From a virus, in IMG/VR virus record IMGVR_UViG_3300047476_001402, positions 26,384 through 90,383 of that record: a stretch of 64,000 nucleotides of DNA; one strand, 5' to 3'. Under the pieces are notes generated by a model. It had not been told where the DNA came from and ran no database searches. It saw only the letters and a list, made by a program, of their open reading frames with translations. The translations under genes and the position numbers were made by a program. Positions 1-9,455 of this stretch are shown piece after piece (positions within the stretch are counted from its first letter, which is position 1; every line of letters starts with the position of its first letter).

Positions 1-1
1 A

Positions 2-1312
2 TCTAAATTATTCTACGAACGTTGGACCAATGATGAAAATATTACATTATTTTCATATCACGAAGTTCCTGAAGTTTTTGATTCATTTGGAATGCCAGAA
101 TTTGATGATCTATATATTAAGGCCGAAAATAATCCAAATCTCAAATTTAAAAAGAGTGTTCCTGCAAATGAATTATTTGATTCTCTTATCAAAGAAAGAA
201 TTGAAACAAATAGAATTTATATTTTAAATATAGACCTTGCTAATGAATTTTCTCCTTGGATGGATAGAGTATCTATGACAAACCTTTGTGTTGAAGTTTT
301 GCATCCTACTATTCCGTGTCAATATCTTAATGATCCTAATGGGGAGATTGGAACCTGTCTATTAGCAGCGACTAACATGGTTAATATAAAATCCGACGAA
401 GATCATCGAAAGGTTTGCCATTTAGCAGTTAGGATGTTGGATGACATGATCGAACGTCAAATTTATTTTGCTCCTGCTGCTGAGAGATTTACAAAGAATA
501 AACGGTCATTAGGAATTGGTATTACAAACCTTGCTGGATGGCTTGCAACTAAAGGATTAAACCACGATTCTCCAGAATCTCCGAATGTAATTGATGAGTT
601 CATGGAAAAACAGCAATATTATCTTATGGAAGCATCTTGGATGCTTGCAAAGGAGAAAGGGAAAGCACCTGATTGGAATCGTAGTAAATACGCCCATGGT
701 TATTCTAAATTAGACTTATATAAGAAGGATATTGATGAAGTGGTCACTAGAAAACCTACATTAGATTGGAAAACTCTTATGGAAAATATCTGGAAAGACG
801 GTATGCGTAATATGACTCTTTCTTGTGCAATGCCTTGTGAGAAATCATCTCTTATGCAAAATTCTACAAATGGTATGGAACCTATTATTCAATTGTTTCA
901 ATTTAAAGATGATAGACAAGGATCTGCCGCATGGATTGCTCCTGGTGCTAAGAAATATGGGAAATATTACAAATCAGCATACGATTGTTCTAATGAGAAT
1001 ATTATTAAATGCGTTGCCGCAGTGATGAAATGGCTATGTATGAGTGCTTCTGGGAATCATTATTATAACTATGGTAACTATGAGGATAATAAACTTGAAT
1101 CTACGGATGTTGCATATGATATTCTTCTATCTTATAAATACGGATGGAAAACATTGTATTATGCTAAAAACAAACAGGTTGTGAATAAAGACACCACTCT
1201 AGATGAAAACCCCAAGTTCAACGTAACTAAATATGATCCTAATACTAAAGATGTTCGAGAAGAAGCGCCCAATTGGGATTTAGGATGTGCTGGGGGTGCA
1301 TGTTCTCTTTAA
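2..1312 (+). CDS. nrdA: Ribonucleotide reductase class Ia alpha subunit (5'-truncated by window edge)
   Basis: Frame is open from base 2 (SKLFYERWTN...). Motifs MTNLCVE, SLGIGITNL, MPCEKSS, NSTNGMEP, GWKTLYY and C-terminal CxxGAC. Confidence 0.95.
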   Translation, partial: SKLFYERWTNDENITLFSYHEVPEVFDSFGMPEFDDLYIKAENNPNLKFKKSVPANELFDSLIKERIETNRIYILNIDLANEFSPWMDRVSMTNLCVEVLHPTIPCQYLNDPNGEIGTCLLAATNMVNIKSDEDHRKVCHLAVRMLDDMIERQIYFAPAAERFTKNKRSLGIGITNLAGWLATKGLNHDSPESPNVIDEFMEKQQYYLMEASWMLAKEKGKAPDWNRSKYAHGYSKLDLYKKDIDEVVTRKPTLDWKTLMENIWKDGMRNMTLSCAMPCEKSSLMQNSTNGMEPIIQLFQFKDDRQGSAAWIAPGAKKYGKYYKSAYDCSNENIIKCVAAVMKWLCMSASGNHYYNYGNYEDNKLESTDVAYDILLSYKYGWKTLYYAKNKQVVNKDTTLDENPKFNVTKYDPNTKDVREEAPNWDLGCAGGACSL

Positions 1313-1323
1313 TTTTTTAAAAT

Positions 1324-2385
1324 ATGAAAAGTGTATATAATAAAACAATCGTTCCTGTAAATGAACGCAGAATGTTCCTTGGACCTGAATTAAATCTACA
1401 AAGGTTTGATGTATTCAAATATAAGAAATTTTATGACTTATATCAGGAACAAAAATCTGCATTCTGGAATCCAGAGGAAATCGATTTCTCTGGGGAAGCT
1501 GCGAAAATAGAATCTATGACTCCAACAGAGAAATGGATATTTGAAAATAATTTAATGTGGCAAACTGCAACAGATTCTGTGCTGAGTCGGGGTATTAATG
1601 AAATTACAAAATATATTACATTACCAGAATTAGAGGCAGCGTGTTCATATTGGCAATTTTGTGAAGTTCTCCATAGTGAATCTTATACCCATGCATTAAA
1701 GGGTATGACTAAGAATCCACAGGAGTTTTTCGATTCTATTATCGTTAATGAGGAGATCAACAAGCGTTCTACGGAAGTAACTAATGCATTTGATAATTTA
1801 CTAGGGGTTTCTGATAAGAATTTACCTGAACAAATTTTCAAAACTATTATCTCAACACAGATCGCAGAAGGTTTAAATTTTCATGTATCATTTTTGTTCT
1901 CTTTCTGGTTTGGAAAACAGGGTAAAGCGCCACAGATGGCAAAGATTATTCGTCTTATTAATAAGGACGAAAGCTTACATGTGGCGATAACACAGAACAT
2001 TATAAAAAACTGGAGAACAAATCCAGAGGAAGGTTTTAAAGATATAATAGATAAAAATACGGATCTTATCTATGGAATGTTCGAGACTGGAGTACAATGT
2101 GAAAAGGATTGGGCTAGTTATCTATTTTCTAAGGGTAGCTTAATCGGATTTAATGAATCTAATGTTCATGATTATATTGAATGGTTAGCAAATAATCGTC
2201 TTTCAAGTCTTGGATATGATAAAATATTTGAATGTAAAAAGAATCCTATCGGAACTTGGTTGCTAGAGTATCTCGATCCCACATTAGCACAATCGGCACC
2301 ACAGGAACAGAATCTTACCACGTACCAAATTGGTAGTAGGAATAATACATTAGATAAATCAAAGCTTAAAAGAATTACTTTATGA
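1324..2385 (+). CDS. nrdB: Ribonucleotide reductase class Ia beta subunit
   Basis: FWNPEEI, EVLHSESY, EGLNF, DESLH di-iron motifs, APQE tail; adjacent to nrdA. Confidence 0.95.
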   Translation: MKSVYNKTIVPVNERRMFLGPELNLQRFDVFKYKKFYDLYQEQKSAFWNPEEIDFSGEAAKIESMTPTEKWIFENNLMWQTATDSVLSRGINEITKYITLPELEAACSYWQFCEVLHSESYTHALKGMTKNPQEFFDSIIVNEEINKRSTEVTNAFDNLLGVSDKNLPEQIFKTIISTQIAEGLNFHVSFLFSFWFGKQGKAPQMAKIIRLINKDESLHVAITQNIIKNWRTNPEEGFKDIIDKNTDLIYGMFETGVQCEKDWASYLFSKGSLIGFNESNVHDYIEWLANNRLSSLGYDKIFECKKNPIGTWLLEYLDPTLAQSAPQEQNLTTYQIGSRNNTLDKSKLKRITL

Positions 2386-2513
2386 AATATAAAGAAACTT
2401 GGGCAGAAAAGGTTTGTAGGGAAACCCGTTCGATTTGTAATAAATTAACTGATAAAGAACGGGCAGATTTACTTCGAAAAGCAAAGTCTATAATAAACTC
2501 CAAAGGTTAAAAT

Positions 2514-2549
2514 AAAAAAGAGAGTACTTGACGGGTACTCTCTTTTTTT
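2514..2549. terminator. Bidirectional intrinsic terminator
   Basis: aaaaaagagagtac-ttgacgg-gtactctctttttt inverted repeat with A/T tails. Confidence 0.75.
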
Positions 2550-2556
2550 GTATAGT
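2528..2556 (+). promoter_or_regulatory. sigma70-like promoter overlapping the terminator
   Basis: TTGACG-17 nt-TATAGT, ATG at 2566. Confidence 0.6.
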
Positions 2557-2565
2557 GATACACCT

Positions 2566-2877
2566 ATGAGTCGAACAATTACAATTCCAGTCGTAACACG
2601 AACACAAGATAATGGTGATGGTGGATATACTACTTATGTTTATAATAACAATGATGAACTTATCAAAGATCACCCCAAATCGACTAAATCTGTATTTATC
2701 GGTAATTCTAGACAATATGTTGATGTGCATCTGACTCAAAAAGAAATTGACGATATCTTAAACGAGGACGATCCTTATAAAAATGGTTATATCGGAAAAT
2801 CTACCATTTCTATTGAGATTGATGAAAACGGAGTTGCGAAACTTGCCAAATCTTGTAGTTTTCATGCAGGACAATAA
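2566..2877 (+). CDS. Hypothetical phage protein
   Basis: ORF; ATG at 2566 preferred because it follows the promoter. Confidence 0.65.
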   Translation: MSRTITIPVVTRTQDNGDGGYTTYVYNNNDELIKDHPKSTKSVFIGNSRQYVDVHLTQKEIDDILNEDDPYKNGYIGKSTISIEIDENGVAKLAKSCSFHAGQ

Positions 2878-2879
2878 TT

Positions 2880-3074
2880 ATGTGGCCTTTTAAATCAAAA
2901 AAGAAACCAATTCTTCGAGTTATTTCCAGAGAATATCTAGGAAGAATTATAGAACCTGCTGATTATGGTTACGGGATGGGAACCGATCTTGATGTATATG
3001 ATAAATATGCCGTGACTTATCAAGATGTGGAAACTGGAGAAACATTTGTAACAGAAGAATTGAGTCTAGGGTGA
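2880..3074 (+). CDS. Hypothetical protein
   Basis: Tightly packed ORF in a co-oriented run. Confidence 0.6.
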   Translation: MWPFKSKKKPILRVISREYLGRIIEPADYGYGMGTDLDVYDKYAVTYQDVETGETFVTEELSLG

Positions 3075-3478
3075 AATTTCTAACTTGGCGACAAAAATTA
3101 GGTCGAACTGAGTGCCCATACATGGAAAGATGGGTTTTAAATTTTGGTCTATTTTCTATACGTCTTCATCATTGGTTTTACGGAGATGATCCGAGACATT
3201 TTCATGATCATCCATGGAACTTTATCGTATGTGTTTTAAAAGGACAATATTGGGATGTGAATCCTGTTGGTCGGGAATTGATGAATGTAGGACGAATTGT
3301 ATTTCGAAAAGCGGAACATCGCCACACAGTCGAAACGCAAGGCGTGTGGACGTTATTATTAACTGGTCCTGAAAAAAGAGAATGGGGATTCTGGTTAAAG
3401 AATAAAACTGGAAAAGATATTTGGTTTAAAGCAAAAAGATACTTCATTAAAAAAGGTCATCATCCATGTGAAAAGTGA
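3071..3478 (+). CDS. Cupin-like metal-binding phage protein
   Basis: HFHDHPW...LKGQYW...AEHRHTV pattern; similar to 47386..47883. Confidence 0.6.
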   Translation: MKFLTWRQKLGRTECPYMERWVLNFGLFSIRLHHWFYGDDPRHFHDHPWNFIVCVLKGQYWDVNPVGRELMNVGRIVFRKAEHRHTVETQGVWTLLLTGPEKREWGFWLKNKTGKDIWFKAKRYFIKKGHHPCEK

Positions 3479-3507
3479 TTGACACACAGCGAAAATCACA
3501 CCATACT
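3479..3507 (+). promoter_or_regulatory. sigma70-like promoter
   Basis: TTGACA-17 nt-CATACT, ATG at 3513. Confidence 0.55.
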
Positions 3508-3512
3508 ATACA

Positions 3513-4487
3513 ATGACTTTTCATCAAATTGCACAAAGCATTCGAAACGGTAAAATGACACTTGAACACCAAGGACATTGGGGATGTTCAGACGTAAAAC
3601 AATATGAGAAAGTTAAAACAGATATCTTTGAACGTATTTTAGAAAAATACGATGATGATCTTGAAAAATCAAAGGGTTCATATGATGGCAAATGGTCATC
3701 ACAACCAAATGAAAAAAGGGCACAGAAAGATATTGATAAAGATATGCGCGATTTCTATTCACGCGATCTTGATAGAGATTATAGCATAGAGTTTCGAGGC
3801 GATTTATCACATATTCGTTATGAATATACATGCTTTCATTGCGGAGAGAGAATATTCTTCTATGCTCCTGAACCCGATAAATTGGTAGCTTTTACAAGTT
3901 ATAAAGGATATACAAATGGAGTGCAGAAACCTTGTATTCTCCCTCGTCACGATCCTTATGAAGGTACTATTAAGGTCGATAGTGACATGATATTCACAAA
4001 TTATTTTGGAGATGGTAATGCCCCTCATCTCAGTGCAGACACGCCTAGTGAACTCGAAACAGGGAAACGTGACTGGAGTGAAGAATATTCATTAAATGCT
4101 AGTATTGGTCGTATCCGAATTGCTGATTTTAAATCAAAAATTTTAAATGTTGCATATGGACAGATGGGAAATATGTCTATAGGAGTTTATGTAAATGATA
4201 CTGGAACTAAGATCATTCTCGATAATCCGTGGGATAATGAGATTGAAGGATTTACGAAAATTGGAGATAATATTTCTCTATCAGTGTGGCGATACGAAGC
4301 CACTGATATGACTACATTAAAATTAGACAATTCTAATTATGATGAATTTATCAAGAAAAGTGATGAACGTTATCTTGATATTATTAGAGTACCTGTAAAA
4401 CATGGTATTTGGAAATTTACACATTATTATGATGCGTGTGAAGATTCGAAGCATTATGCGGTTTTTGAGCTTGACATTAAGAAGTAA
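3513..4487 (+). CDS. Hypothetical protein (324 aa, CxxC)
   Basis: Long ORF; no family recognised. Confidence 0.7.
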   Translation: MTFHQIAQSIRNGKMTLEHQGHWGCSDVKQYEKVKTDIFERILEKYDDDLEKSKGSYDGKWSSQPNEKRAQKDIDKDMRDFYSRDLDRDYSIEFRGDLSHIRYEYTCFHCGERIFFYAPEPDKLVAFTSYKGYTNGVQKPCILPRHDPYEGTIKVDSDMIFTNYFGDGNAPHLSADTPSELETGKRDWSEEYSLNASIGRIRIADFKSKILNVAYGQMGNMSIGVYVNDTGTKIILDNPWDNEIEGFTKIGDNISLSVWRYEATDMTTLKLDNSNYDEFIKKSDERYLDIIRVPVKHGIWKFTHYYDACEDSKHYAVFELDIKK

Positions 4488-4509
4488 AAGGGTTAATGTA
4501 AAGGATAAT

Positions 4510-4682
4510 GCGGGGGTAGCTCAGTGGTAGAGCGCATACCGAAAGGTATCCAAAACAAAGGCGATAAAAACATTGAACGAAAGTGGGTAACAAGTTGGCG
4601 GATTGGTCACATCTTCTAAATTTTCGAAATAAGAAGATAACATGTGAGAGGTCGGAGGTTCAATCCCTTCCCCTTCGCACCA
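4510..4682 (+). ncRNA. tRNA-like RNA with about 100-nt structured insertion replacing the anticodon arm
   Basis: 5' GCGGGGG-TA-GCTC-AGTGGTA-GAGC; 3' AGGTC-GGAGG-TTCAATC-CCTTC-CCCTTCGC-A-CCA; upstream TTGACA...TAATGT promoter. Confidence 0.75.
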
Positions 4683-4702
4683 AATTTTAAAAATAAAAAG
4701 AA

Positions 4703-4957
4703 ATGCCAGTTAAAATAAACAGAAATCTTAAAGAAACTGAATGTTCTCTGTACGGCCCTGATGGTTCCTTTATAGGAATCATAGATTCAGAAATTATTCT
4801 GAATGATGTTCGTCTTCAAATTAAAAGACAACAATTAGAAGGATATTACATTATTTTCGAGAATAATAAAATTACCATTCATCTCAATGGTAAATTAAAC
4901 CACTGGCCTAATGGTTTTTTTAGAACTTGGACGGATCAACTTTTCGAATTACTTTGA
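4703..4957 (+). CDS. Hypothetical protein
   Basis: ORF in co-oriented run. Confidence 0.6.
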   Translation: MPVKINRNLKETECSLYGPDGSFIGIIDSEIILNDVRLQIKRQQLEGYYIIFENNKITIHLNGKLNHWPNGFFRTWTDQLFELL

Positions 4958-4958
4958 T

Positions 4959-5360
4959 ATGAAATTAAAAGATAGTATAGCCATTCCTCTCCTTCCTGCA
5001 TTTCCGCCTAATAGAGCGGATAATTTCAACGAAGAGAAGATGGAACAATACGTGAATGCTGTAATCGAATCCGAATTGGAGGAACTTCGAAAAATACGAG
5101 GTGTTATACTAGATAGTGGAATTCGATTTTCTGGCGAATATAGAAGTGCTAGTGAACGAATTAAATTCATTCTAGAAAAATATAAAAGCCTCGAAACAGA
5201 ATTAAATTCTATTAAAGACGGTATTAAACGTAATAGTATGACAACTGTCGTGGACGGTAATGATATGTGTGATTGGGGGTGGACAAATATCGAAGGTTTA
5301 CATGCTAATTTGCGAAGTGGTCGATACGATTATATTATAAATTCCAAAAAAGACTCTTAA
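4959..5360 (+). CDS. Hypothetical protein
   Basis: ORF; ATG 4959 directly follows the upstream stop. Confidence 0.6.
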   Translation: MKLKDSIAIPLLPAFPPNRADNFNEEKMEQYVNAVIESELEELRKIRGVILDSGIRFSGEYRSASERIKFILEKYKSLETELNSIKDGIKRNSMTTVVDGNDMCDWGWTNIEGLHANLRSGRYDYIINSKKDS

Positions 5361-5557
5361 TGAACTGTTTACTATTTTATAATGGAAAAGATCCTGCATT
5401 TTCTATCTGGGATGACAATATGGATGCATGTATGACGTTGGTTCGTGCAATGAAACGTATTGGATGGAAATTCGTATGGACTGTCCACACCTCTACCGGT
5501 TCTTGGCCTTTGCCAAGATATGAGAAAGAATACGAAGAATGGAAGAAATTGGAATAA
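5360..5557 (+). CDS. Hypothetical protein
   Basis: Stop/start coupling with the upstream ORF. Confidence 0.5.
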   Translation: MNCLLFYNGKDPAFSIWDDNMDACMTLVRAMKRIGWKFVWTVHTSTGSWPLPRYEKEYEEWKKLE

Positions 5558-5831
5558 TTAACAGACAACGGACCAGAAACTATATATTTGCATCAATTTA
5601 TCAAAAAAGTAACAGACGATGAATTGTCAAATATCCGTTTTCTCTGATACGGAAATTGGAATTTTATGAGAATAATACCCATTGATGTAATTAAATCTAC
5701 TCGTAAACGCGCACGTATCATTTATTATATCGGTCGTAAAAATAATAATAAAAAGATGTTAGATTTTAGTTACATATTATTTCAACATGTTGATAGTATG
5801 ATTCAAACTAATAGGTGGCTGACGAAAAAAT

Positions 5832-6281
5832 ATGAAAACGCTGGTAACGGGGCACCGACTACATAAACTCCAACAGTATGATATGGATTGGATTCGTTAT
5901 GTCGGAATTATTGCAGCATTATCAGACACGTTTCTAAGAAATACTACATACGGTCTTTCAGGAATGGCGAGTGGTGTAGATTTGTGGTTTTGTGAGGAAC
6001 TTATATATAGGAAGATTCCATATACTGCGTGTATACCATTTGATGGGCAAGAGGATACCATGGACGAGGGTTCCAAGAAAGACCGTGAATTTCTAATTGA
6101 AAGTGCCTCTAAAATTTTGAAGTGTAAGAATTCAGCAATGGTTGAAAAAGCGGATGCAGCATTAGTGGTTTTCGACGGAAATAAAGGCGGTACCCATAAT
6201 GTATTTCAACAATTGATTGAACATAAAAAACCCTTTGTATGGATTAATCCAGTTGGTCAAAAAGTCTGGGAAATGACTTGA
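5832..6281 (+). CDS. SLOG-superfamily (YspA/DUF1273-like) protein
   Basis: VTGHR, SGMASGVDLW, N.AMVE..D, FDG..GGT motifs. Confidence 0.75.
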   Translation: MKTLVTGHRLHKLQQYDMDWIRYVGIIAALSDTFLRNTTYGLSGMASGVDLWFCEELIYRKIPYTACIPFDGQEDTMDEGSKKDREFLIESASKILKCKNSAMVEKADAALVVFDGNKGGTHNVFQQLIEHKKPFVWINPVGQKVWEMT

Positions 6282-6301
6282 CTAACAAATAACAACATGT
6301 A

Positions 6302-6670
6302 ATGTCTCTTATGACTGGACCACTTATCTTCTTTATCATTGCAATTATTGCACTACCGTTTTCGATCTATTTAACATTTAAAACAGATCATCCATTTTTT
6401 GTACTTGGATCAATGATCCTCGGTGCATCATTTATATGTTGCGTTTTCTTTCCTGTAAAAACGGCATATGAACCGATTGTATATAAAGCAGAATCTACAT
6501 CGTTCAAAGTTTTTGCTATTACTGATGAAAAAGTTTTCGAATCAGATAAGAAAATCGATTTTCATAATTGGACTTCGGGGAAGGAAGGATACTTATATGT
6601 CGAATATAATAGCTTTGGTAGTATAATAACAAAAAGTTTCACAACAGAAAAACCAGAAAATGAAAAATAA
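6302..6670 (+). CDS. Membrane protein, hypothetical
   Basis: Two hydrophobic N-terminal segments. Confidence 0.6.
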   Translation: MSLMTGPLIFFIIAIIALPFSIYLTFKTDHPFFVLGSMILGASFICCVFFPVKTAYEPIVYKAESTSFKVFAITDEKVFESDKKIDFHNWTSGKEGYLYVEYNSFGSIITKSFTTEKPENEK

Positions 6671-6986
6671 TATTCAAAAACTCATTCAGATATTCAGTAC
6701 ACCAGGAAACCGTTGCAAAGGTTCATATGAACGCGGAGGAAGGTATTGCCTCCTCGGTGCCATGAGCAATCTTTTAACTGTTGAAGATAATTATGAACTC
6801 AAAAAATACCTTGAAGGTAAATTAGGAGAATTTGTGTTACAATTTAACAGTTATAATGTTAATAAAATCAATATTGATAAGGAGAACACTGGAAAGGTGA
6901 ATCTTAATCTTGCAACATTTAATGATAATGTCGAAGATAAAACCCTCATTGAGTTCTTGACTTTCTGCAAAAAAACTCTACCTTAA
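6660..6986 (+). CDS. Hypothetical phage protein
   Basis: YCLLGA...FND pattern, loosely like 36212..36553. Confidence 0.55.
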   Translation: MKNNIQKLIQIFSTPGNRCKGSYERGGRYCLLGAMSNLLTVEDNYELKKYLEGKLGEFVLQFNSYNVNKINIDKENTGKVNLNLATFNDNVEDKTLIEFLTFCKKTLP

Positions 6987-7129
6987 TACACCAATGGAGA
7001 CACTTATTAATATCATTCAAGAATTACTAGCCATGTACGGATTCCTAGGAATCATGGCATTATCGGCACTAATCCCGATCACTATCGGAGTGTTTATCAT
7101 CAAAATGACCGAGGAAAAGAAATAATTAT

Positions 7130-8092
7130 ATGAAACCTGTAGAAAAAAAGAGAGAAGTTGGAGTAATTATTGGGCGCTTCCAAGTCCATGAACTTCATGA
7201 TGCACATAAAGATTTGATTCAAAGTGTGTTGAATCGTCATGCACGGGTTATCATCTTCCTTGGATGTTCGCCAATTAAGAATACCCTAAATAATCCGATT
7301 GATTTTAAACATCGTGCGGCAATGATTAAAGAAGTATTTCCTGATGTGGAAATCTTTAAAGTTGATGATAACCGTAGTAATGAAGTATGGTCGAAGAATC
7401 TTGATAAAATGGTTCGGGATTTACTTCCCCCTGGACAAACCGCGACTCTTTACGGAAGCCGTGATAGCTTTCTGAATGCATATAGCGGAAAGATTCATAC
7501 CTGTGAATTGGAATCTGAAATCTTTGTTTCTGCAACACAAGTACGGAAACAAATCATGGTGAATTATCCTTCGAGTAAGGATTATCGTGCAGGATTGATT
7601 GCTGCGACTGGTATGCATTATCCTACTGCATTCCAAACTGTGGATTGTGCAATTATTAACTTTGATACGAATGAGCTTCTACTTGTTCGTAAACCTGGAG
7701 AGACTAAATGGCGTTTTGTAGGGGGTTTTAGTGATCCTACTAGTGAAAGCCTAGAGCAAGATGCAAAGCGCGAGGTAATGGAAGAAACAGGCGTAGAAGT
7801 AGACGATATTAAGTATATTGGTAGTACTAAAATTAAAGATTGGAGATTTCGTTCGGGTAAAGATTGTATTAAAACTGCATTCTTTTCTGCGAAATATATA
7901 TTTGGTCAACCTGAAGGTGCCGATGATGTCGAAGCTGCAAAATGGGTTAGTATCGCTAAACCGTTGGATAAAAATGATATTGTTGAAGAGCATCACGTTC
8001 TAGTTGATATGTTCAATAAAAGTTTTAAATATCGGATGAATGATCATCTGAATGACCTTGTTCAGAAATTGGTGGCTAGTGAATCGAAATAG
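7130..8092 (+). CDS. Bifunctional NMN adenylyltransferase / Nudix hydrolase (NadM-Nudix, NatV-like)
   Basis: IGRFQ...H.AH nucleotidyltransferase motif, SATQVR, Nudix box GGF...E...AKREVMEETG. Confidence 0.9.
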   Translation: MKPVEKKREVGVIIGRFQVHELHDAHKDLIQSVLNRHARVIIFLGCSPIKNTLNNPIDFKHRAAMIKEVFPDVEIFKVDDNRSNEVWSKNLDKMVRDLLPPGQTATLYGSRDSFLNAYSGKIHTCELESEIFVSATQVRKQIMVNYPSSKDYRAGLIAATGMHYPTAFQTVDCAIINFDTNELLLVRKPGETKWRFVGGFSDPTSESLEQDAKREVMEETGVEVDDIKYIGSTKIKDWRFRSGKDCIKTAFFSAKYIFGQPEGADDVEAAKWVSIAKPLDKNDIVEEHHVLVDMFNKSFKYRMNDHLNDLVQKLVASESK

Positions 8093-8503
8093 ATGAACAA
8101 ACTAACTAAAATCAAAGAATTCTGTAAAGAGACTATTCGACTTGCAAATAATGCAACGGCAGAGCCGTGGTATGGCGCATATGCGGGTATTTTCACATCA
8201 AATGTTGAAAGAAACTCAAAGGATGATGTAACGGAAAATGGTGAATATCCTGTAGGAGATTTCATGTATGTGGTGGGGAGTGTAGAAGTTGCGGCGGGAG
8301 ATACCCCTACAACAGAAGGCGCACATAACAGTCATTTTATTTGTTATTCTCGAACATTTTCCCCTCTTGCCGCACAATCGTTACTAATTCTGATTGAATA
8401 TTTAGAGGATGCAGTAAAGCACTGCAATGTTCCTGAAGGTCAAAGAGCAATAGCAGCATTAAAATCTCTCGAAAATCTTTGGCCTGATAGAATTGAACAT
8501 TAG
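8093..8503 (+). CDS. Hypothetical phage protein
   Basis: ORF with ATAEPW motif. Confidence 0.55.
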   Translation: MNKLTKIKEFCKETIRLANNATAEPWYGAYAGIFTSNVERNSKDDVTENGEYPVGDFMYVVGSVEVAAGDTPTTEGAHNSHFICYSRTFSPLAAQSLLILIEYLEDAVKHCNVPEGQRAIAALKSLENLWPDRIEH

Positions 8504-8858
8504 AAATATGTATCATATAGTATTTTTGATATTACTTGCATTAATATTTCCTATATTATCTCCATTTTCAGAGTTCGTCCTGATTGCATTAAGTGTTTTC
8601 GAAATCATAATATTCTCAACATTTTTAATTTTGAGTAGTATGTTTCCTTTACAAACTGCGGTGCTAGTGCGTAATAATTTCGAAGATGTGGATGAAGAGC
8701 CACCTGATATATGGGGTGATAATATGATTTGTGTACTTTTACTCGGAGTCTTGTATTTCTTCAACCGTGAAACACTTCTATACTATATGGTTGTTCAGAT
8801 GTTTGCACAGAATCTATATCATCAAACAGTCTTATTTATAAATAACATACGAAAATGA
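8493..8858 (+). CDS. Membrane protein, hypothetical
   Basis: Multiple hydrophobic segments. Confidence 0.55.
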   Translation: MNIRNMYHIVFLILLALIFPILSPFSEFVLIALSVFEIIIFSTFLILSSMFPLQTAVLVRNNFEDVDEEPPDIWGDNMICVLLLGVLYFFNRETLLYYMVVQMFAQNLYHQTVLFINNIRK

Positions 8859-9286
8859 CAAAACATCATATTGTTGATCATAATACCGAACTGAAACATG
8901 GTGACTTTGTTATCGTGAAGGGTGAATGGGCTGAAATTTACCTTATAACAGAAGAGAACGGAATCAACACGTCTCGTGGATGGATTTGTCGTACTGAGTT
9001 ACAGAACTGGCAACCTAACCCAGATATTCCTGTTTGGATTGTCTGTGCTGCCTGCAAACATAAGGAAACTGGTATTATTTTTTGTGGTGCAAGACATTTT
9101 GACGATGTAATGCGTTCCCAGATCAAGGCTACTGGATTCAAATTTACAGGGTATGATCAAGGATTTATCGATCAATATGGAAGATTTTATAACCGAAAAG
9201 ATGCATGGATTATTGCCGAAAAGAATAACCAAATCAAAAGAAATGTATCAACCTCTGGCACTTTAAAAAGCGAAAATCTATATTAA
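8855..9286 (+). CDS. Phage protein of unknown function
   Basis: VCAAC...GARH...QGFIDQ.G.F..R..AW.IA...SENLY pattern recalled from phage proteins. Confidence 0.6.
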   Translation: MTKHHIVDHNTELKHGDFVIVKGEWAEIYLITEENGINTSRGWICRTELQNWQPNPDIPVWIVCAACKHKETGIIFCGARHFDDVMRSQIKATGFKFTGYDQGFIDQYGRFYNRKDAWIIAEKNNQIKRNVSTSGTLKSENLY

Positions 9287-9419
9287 TTATGAAAGTTAGA
9301 CTTGCTGAAAAAATATTAACTATGAAATCTTCTTTATATAAGAAGCCTCATAAATTAGAAGAAGCACGTAAAACTATGAAAAATAAGCATAATTGGATGA
9401 TACTCCCCTTAGTTAAACC

Positions 9420-9447
9420 TTGACAACCTTCAGACCTTTGCTATACT
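9420..9447 (+). promoter_or_regulatory. sigma70-like promoter
   Basis: TTGACA-16 nt-TATACT, ATG at 9456. Confidence 0.6.
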
Positions 9448-9455
9448 AAAGACCT

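Noticed and set aside
4535-4645. Group I intron in a tRNA
   Set aside because: Only about 100-110 nt; no recognisable P7 core and no clean spliced anticodon arm.
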